A DNA stretch of 64,000 nt from Mobula hypostoma (taxonomy: Eukaryota), in NCBI RefSeq assembly GCF_963921235.1, contig NC_086097.1, positions 82,462,001 through 82,526,000 on the forward strand, read 5' to 3'. The notes below the pieces were generated by a model that was not told the origin of the DNA, did not search any database, and worked only from the letters and a program-made list of their open reading frames with translations. The first letter of the stretch is position 1, and each line of letters begins with the position of its first letter. A program made the translations under genes and the position numbers. Of this stretch, positions 62,351 through 64,000 are shown in pieces.

Positions 62351-63364
62351 GCAGAGGAATAGTGGAATTACTGTGCAACTGTTGAAATCTTTTTGCTTAT
62401 GATGGAGAAGTTATATCAAAGTGGTGGAAGAATCCTTCCATAAATATGTATCTATATTATTTGGAATTTTGTTTGTTTTGTGATCTTTCACAAGATTCTA
62501 AATTAATCAGCTAGGAACTAAGTGAAAAGGAAGTGGAATCACCTGCTTTTGTGTGAATAACCAGAGTAACTCACCACTAGTGTTTCAACCATGTCATTCT
62601 ATTGCAGTAGATTAAGTAGGTTGTGTTTGCTTGACCTTTACCTTTTTCATTGTTTATCACTGCGTCACGTGCTGTTTATGCAGACAATGTGAAGCTCCAC
62701 AATGATTGTTTTGTGGACAAAAGGATCAAAACAAAACCTCTTCACAATAGGAAAGAACCCATTGACTTTAAAATATGCTTTGGTATTCTAAAAGCAAAGT
62801 AGTTTATGGGTGTATTCATCGGACGGGCTTCCACCATCAGTACCTGTGCCATTATGCATTGGGCCTGTGGGGAATGGATAGAAATGAAAGTGTGCCAAGC
62901 CACACCTACTTAGGTTCATGACAGAATTGAAACAAGAGAGGCTATGCTTCAGAGGTGCCACAGTAAAGCTATAATCTGAAAGAGCCTTCTGTAAGTATTG
63001 GGTGAAGGTCATGATGTAATGAGCAGATAAACCTGTAGTTCTGGTTTGTTGCTCAAAGTTCAAGTCATTAATATTTGAAAGAGACAAGGGACCAAAATTA
63101 ATGGCACCAGTGAAGAAAACGTGCATCTTCATTATGGTAAATTGAAGTAGTCTGGGGACTTGAAGGACATAAAGGGAGTTAGCGCTTCCATAATCCTCCT
63201 AACTATAGCAGGTGCACATTTAGAATCCTACTGCATTTGATGGTTGTCAAAGAGGAGATGACAGAAGGGAAAACAAACGTATGGATATTTGTGAAGTGAG
63301 GCATCGAAAAGAGGTGGTGTCCTGTTTGTTGATGGCCTGTGGAACATTGAGAACAACCATATGA

Positions 63365-63790
63365 TCAAAGTTCAAAGTGTTAATACTTTGAGGCTCATCT
63401 TCTTGTAGGCAGCCACACAACAGAGAAACGCAATAGAATCAATGAAAACTCCCTCACAACAAAGACCGTCAAACATCCAATGTGCAAAAAAAATAAATCG
63501 TGCAAACAATAAAAAACTGTAAACAAATAATACACAGAACATGAACCACAGAGTCTCCAAAAGTGAGTCCACAGCCACAGAGCCGGTTCAGGAGCCCGAT
63601 GGCTGCAGGCCGCAGCCACGGAGCCAGTTCGGTGCTGCAGCCGGTCCAGGAGCTGGATGGATGCAGGCCACAGCCACAGAGCCAGTTTAGTACCACAGTG
63701 AGTGCCAATGACTGCGGGCCACAGCTGCAGTCAGTTTAACACTGAGGCTAGTAAAGCCTCACAGAGTAGTGAGCTGAATACCTGTTTGTC
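63365..63790 (-). mobile_element. Non-autonomous retroelement related to 2250-3002
   Basis: Reverse complement of the ttctattg...tgtggctgcct.caagaagatga tail; decayed tgtggcctgcagcc repeats. Confidence 0.6.
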
Positions 63791-64000
63791 CTTCACTCTC
63801 AGCCTCAACACCTTACTTTAAAACATTAAGTTAATTCAAAGAAAGAAACAGGAGTCTGAAAATACAGGTGTAGTTCAAGTATAGCTTAAGCGCGACACGC
63901 AAGTAGCACGTGGTAGCGTGATGACGTATGCAATTAACGTATTTCTACATATAACCCATAATGAATTATTTAAATGAACAAGAATGCTTAATCAAACAAT

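Noticed and set aside
62788..63132. 114-aa minus-strand ORF in unique sequence
   Set aside because: No recognisable motifs or convincing splice context
63868..64000. CpG-rich start of a possible DNA element
   Set aside because: Cut off by the window end; no second terminus to verify

Overview
AT-rich vertebrate genomic DNA made up almost entirely of transposable elements. The mix (CR1, Rex1/Babar-like LINEs, V-SINEs, Neptune-type Penelope-like elements (PLEs), fish-type L1, Gypsy, Harbinger, Tc1) suggests a cartilaginous fish, probably a ray; this is an inference. No host gene could be identified, only a few weak minus-strand exon candidates. Main points: (1) at least 8 PLE insertions bounded by 11-17 bp target-site duplications (TSDs). 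Most are fold-back structures from about 150 bp to 2.1 kb, and most carry a minimal hammerhead ribozyme motif with a palindromic ACGU helix III. (2) A full-length L1 (41854-47691, minus) with uninterrupted ORF1 and ORF2 and a 15-bp TSD, inserted in a solo LTR. (3) A complete but mutated Gypsy provirus (51941-60344, minus) with PNMA-like Gag, an in-phase G_GGA_AAC -1 frameshift site plus predicted pseudoknot, a possible dUTPase-fold relic between PR and RT, a tRNA-Pro-like PBS, VNTR-bearing LTRs and a nested solo LTR. (4) A tail-to-tail Harbinger pair, a Harbinger MITE, a 1-kb compound (CA)n array and an unexplained diverged duplication. All family assignments come from motif recognition, not database searches.
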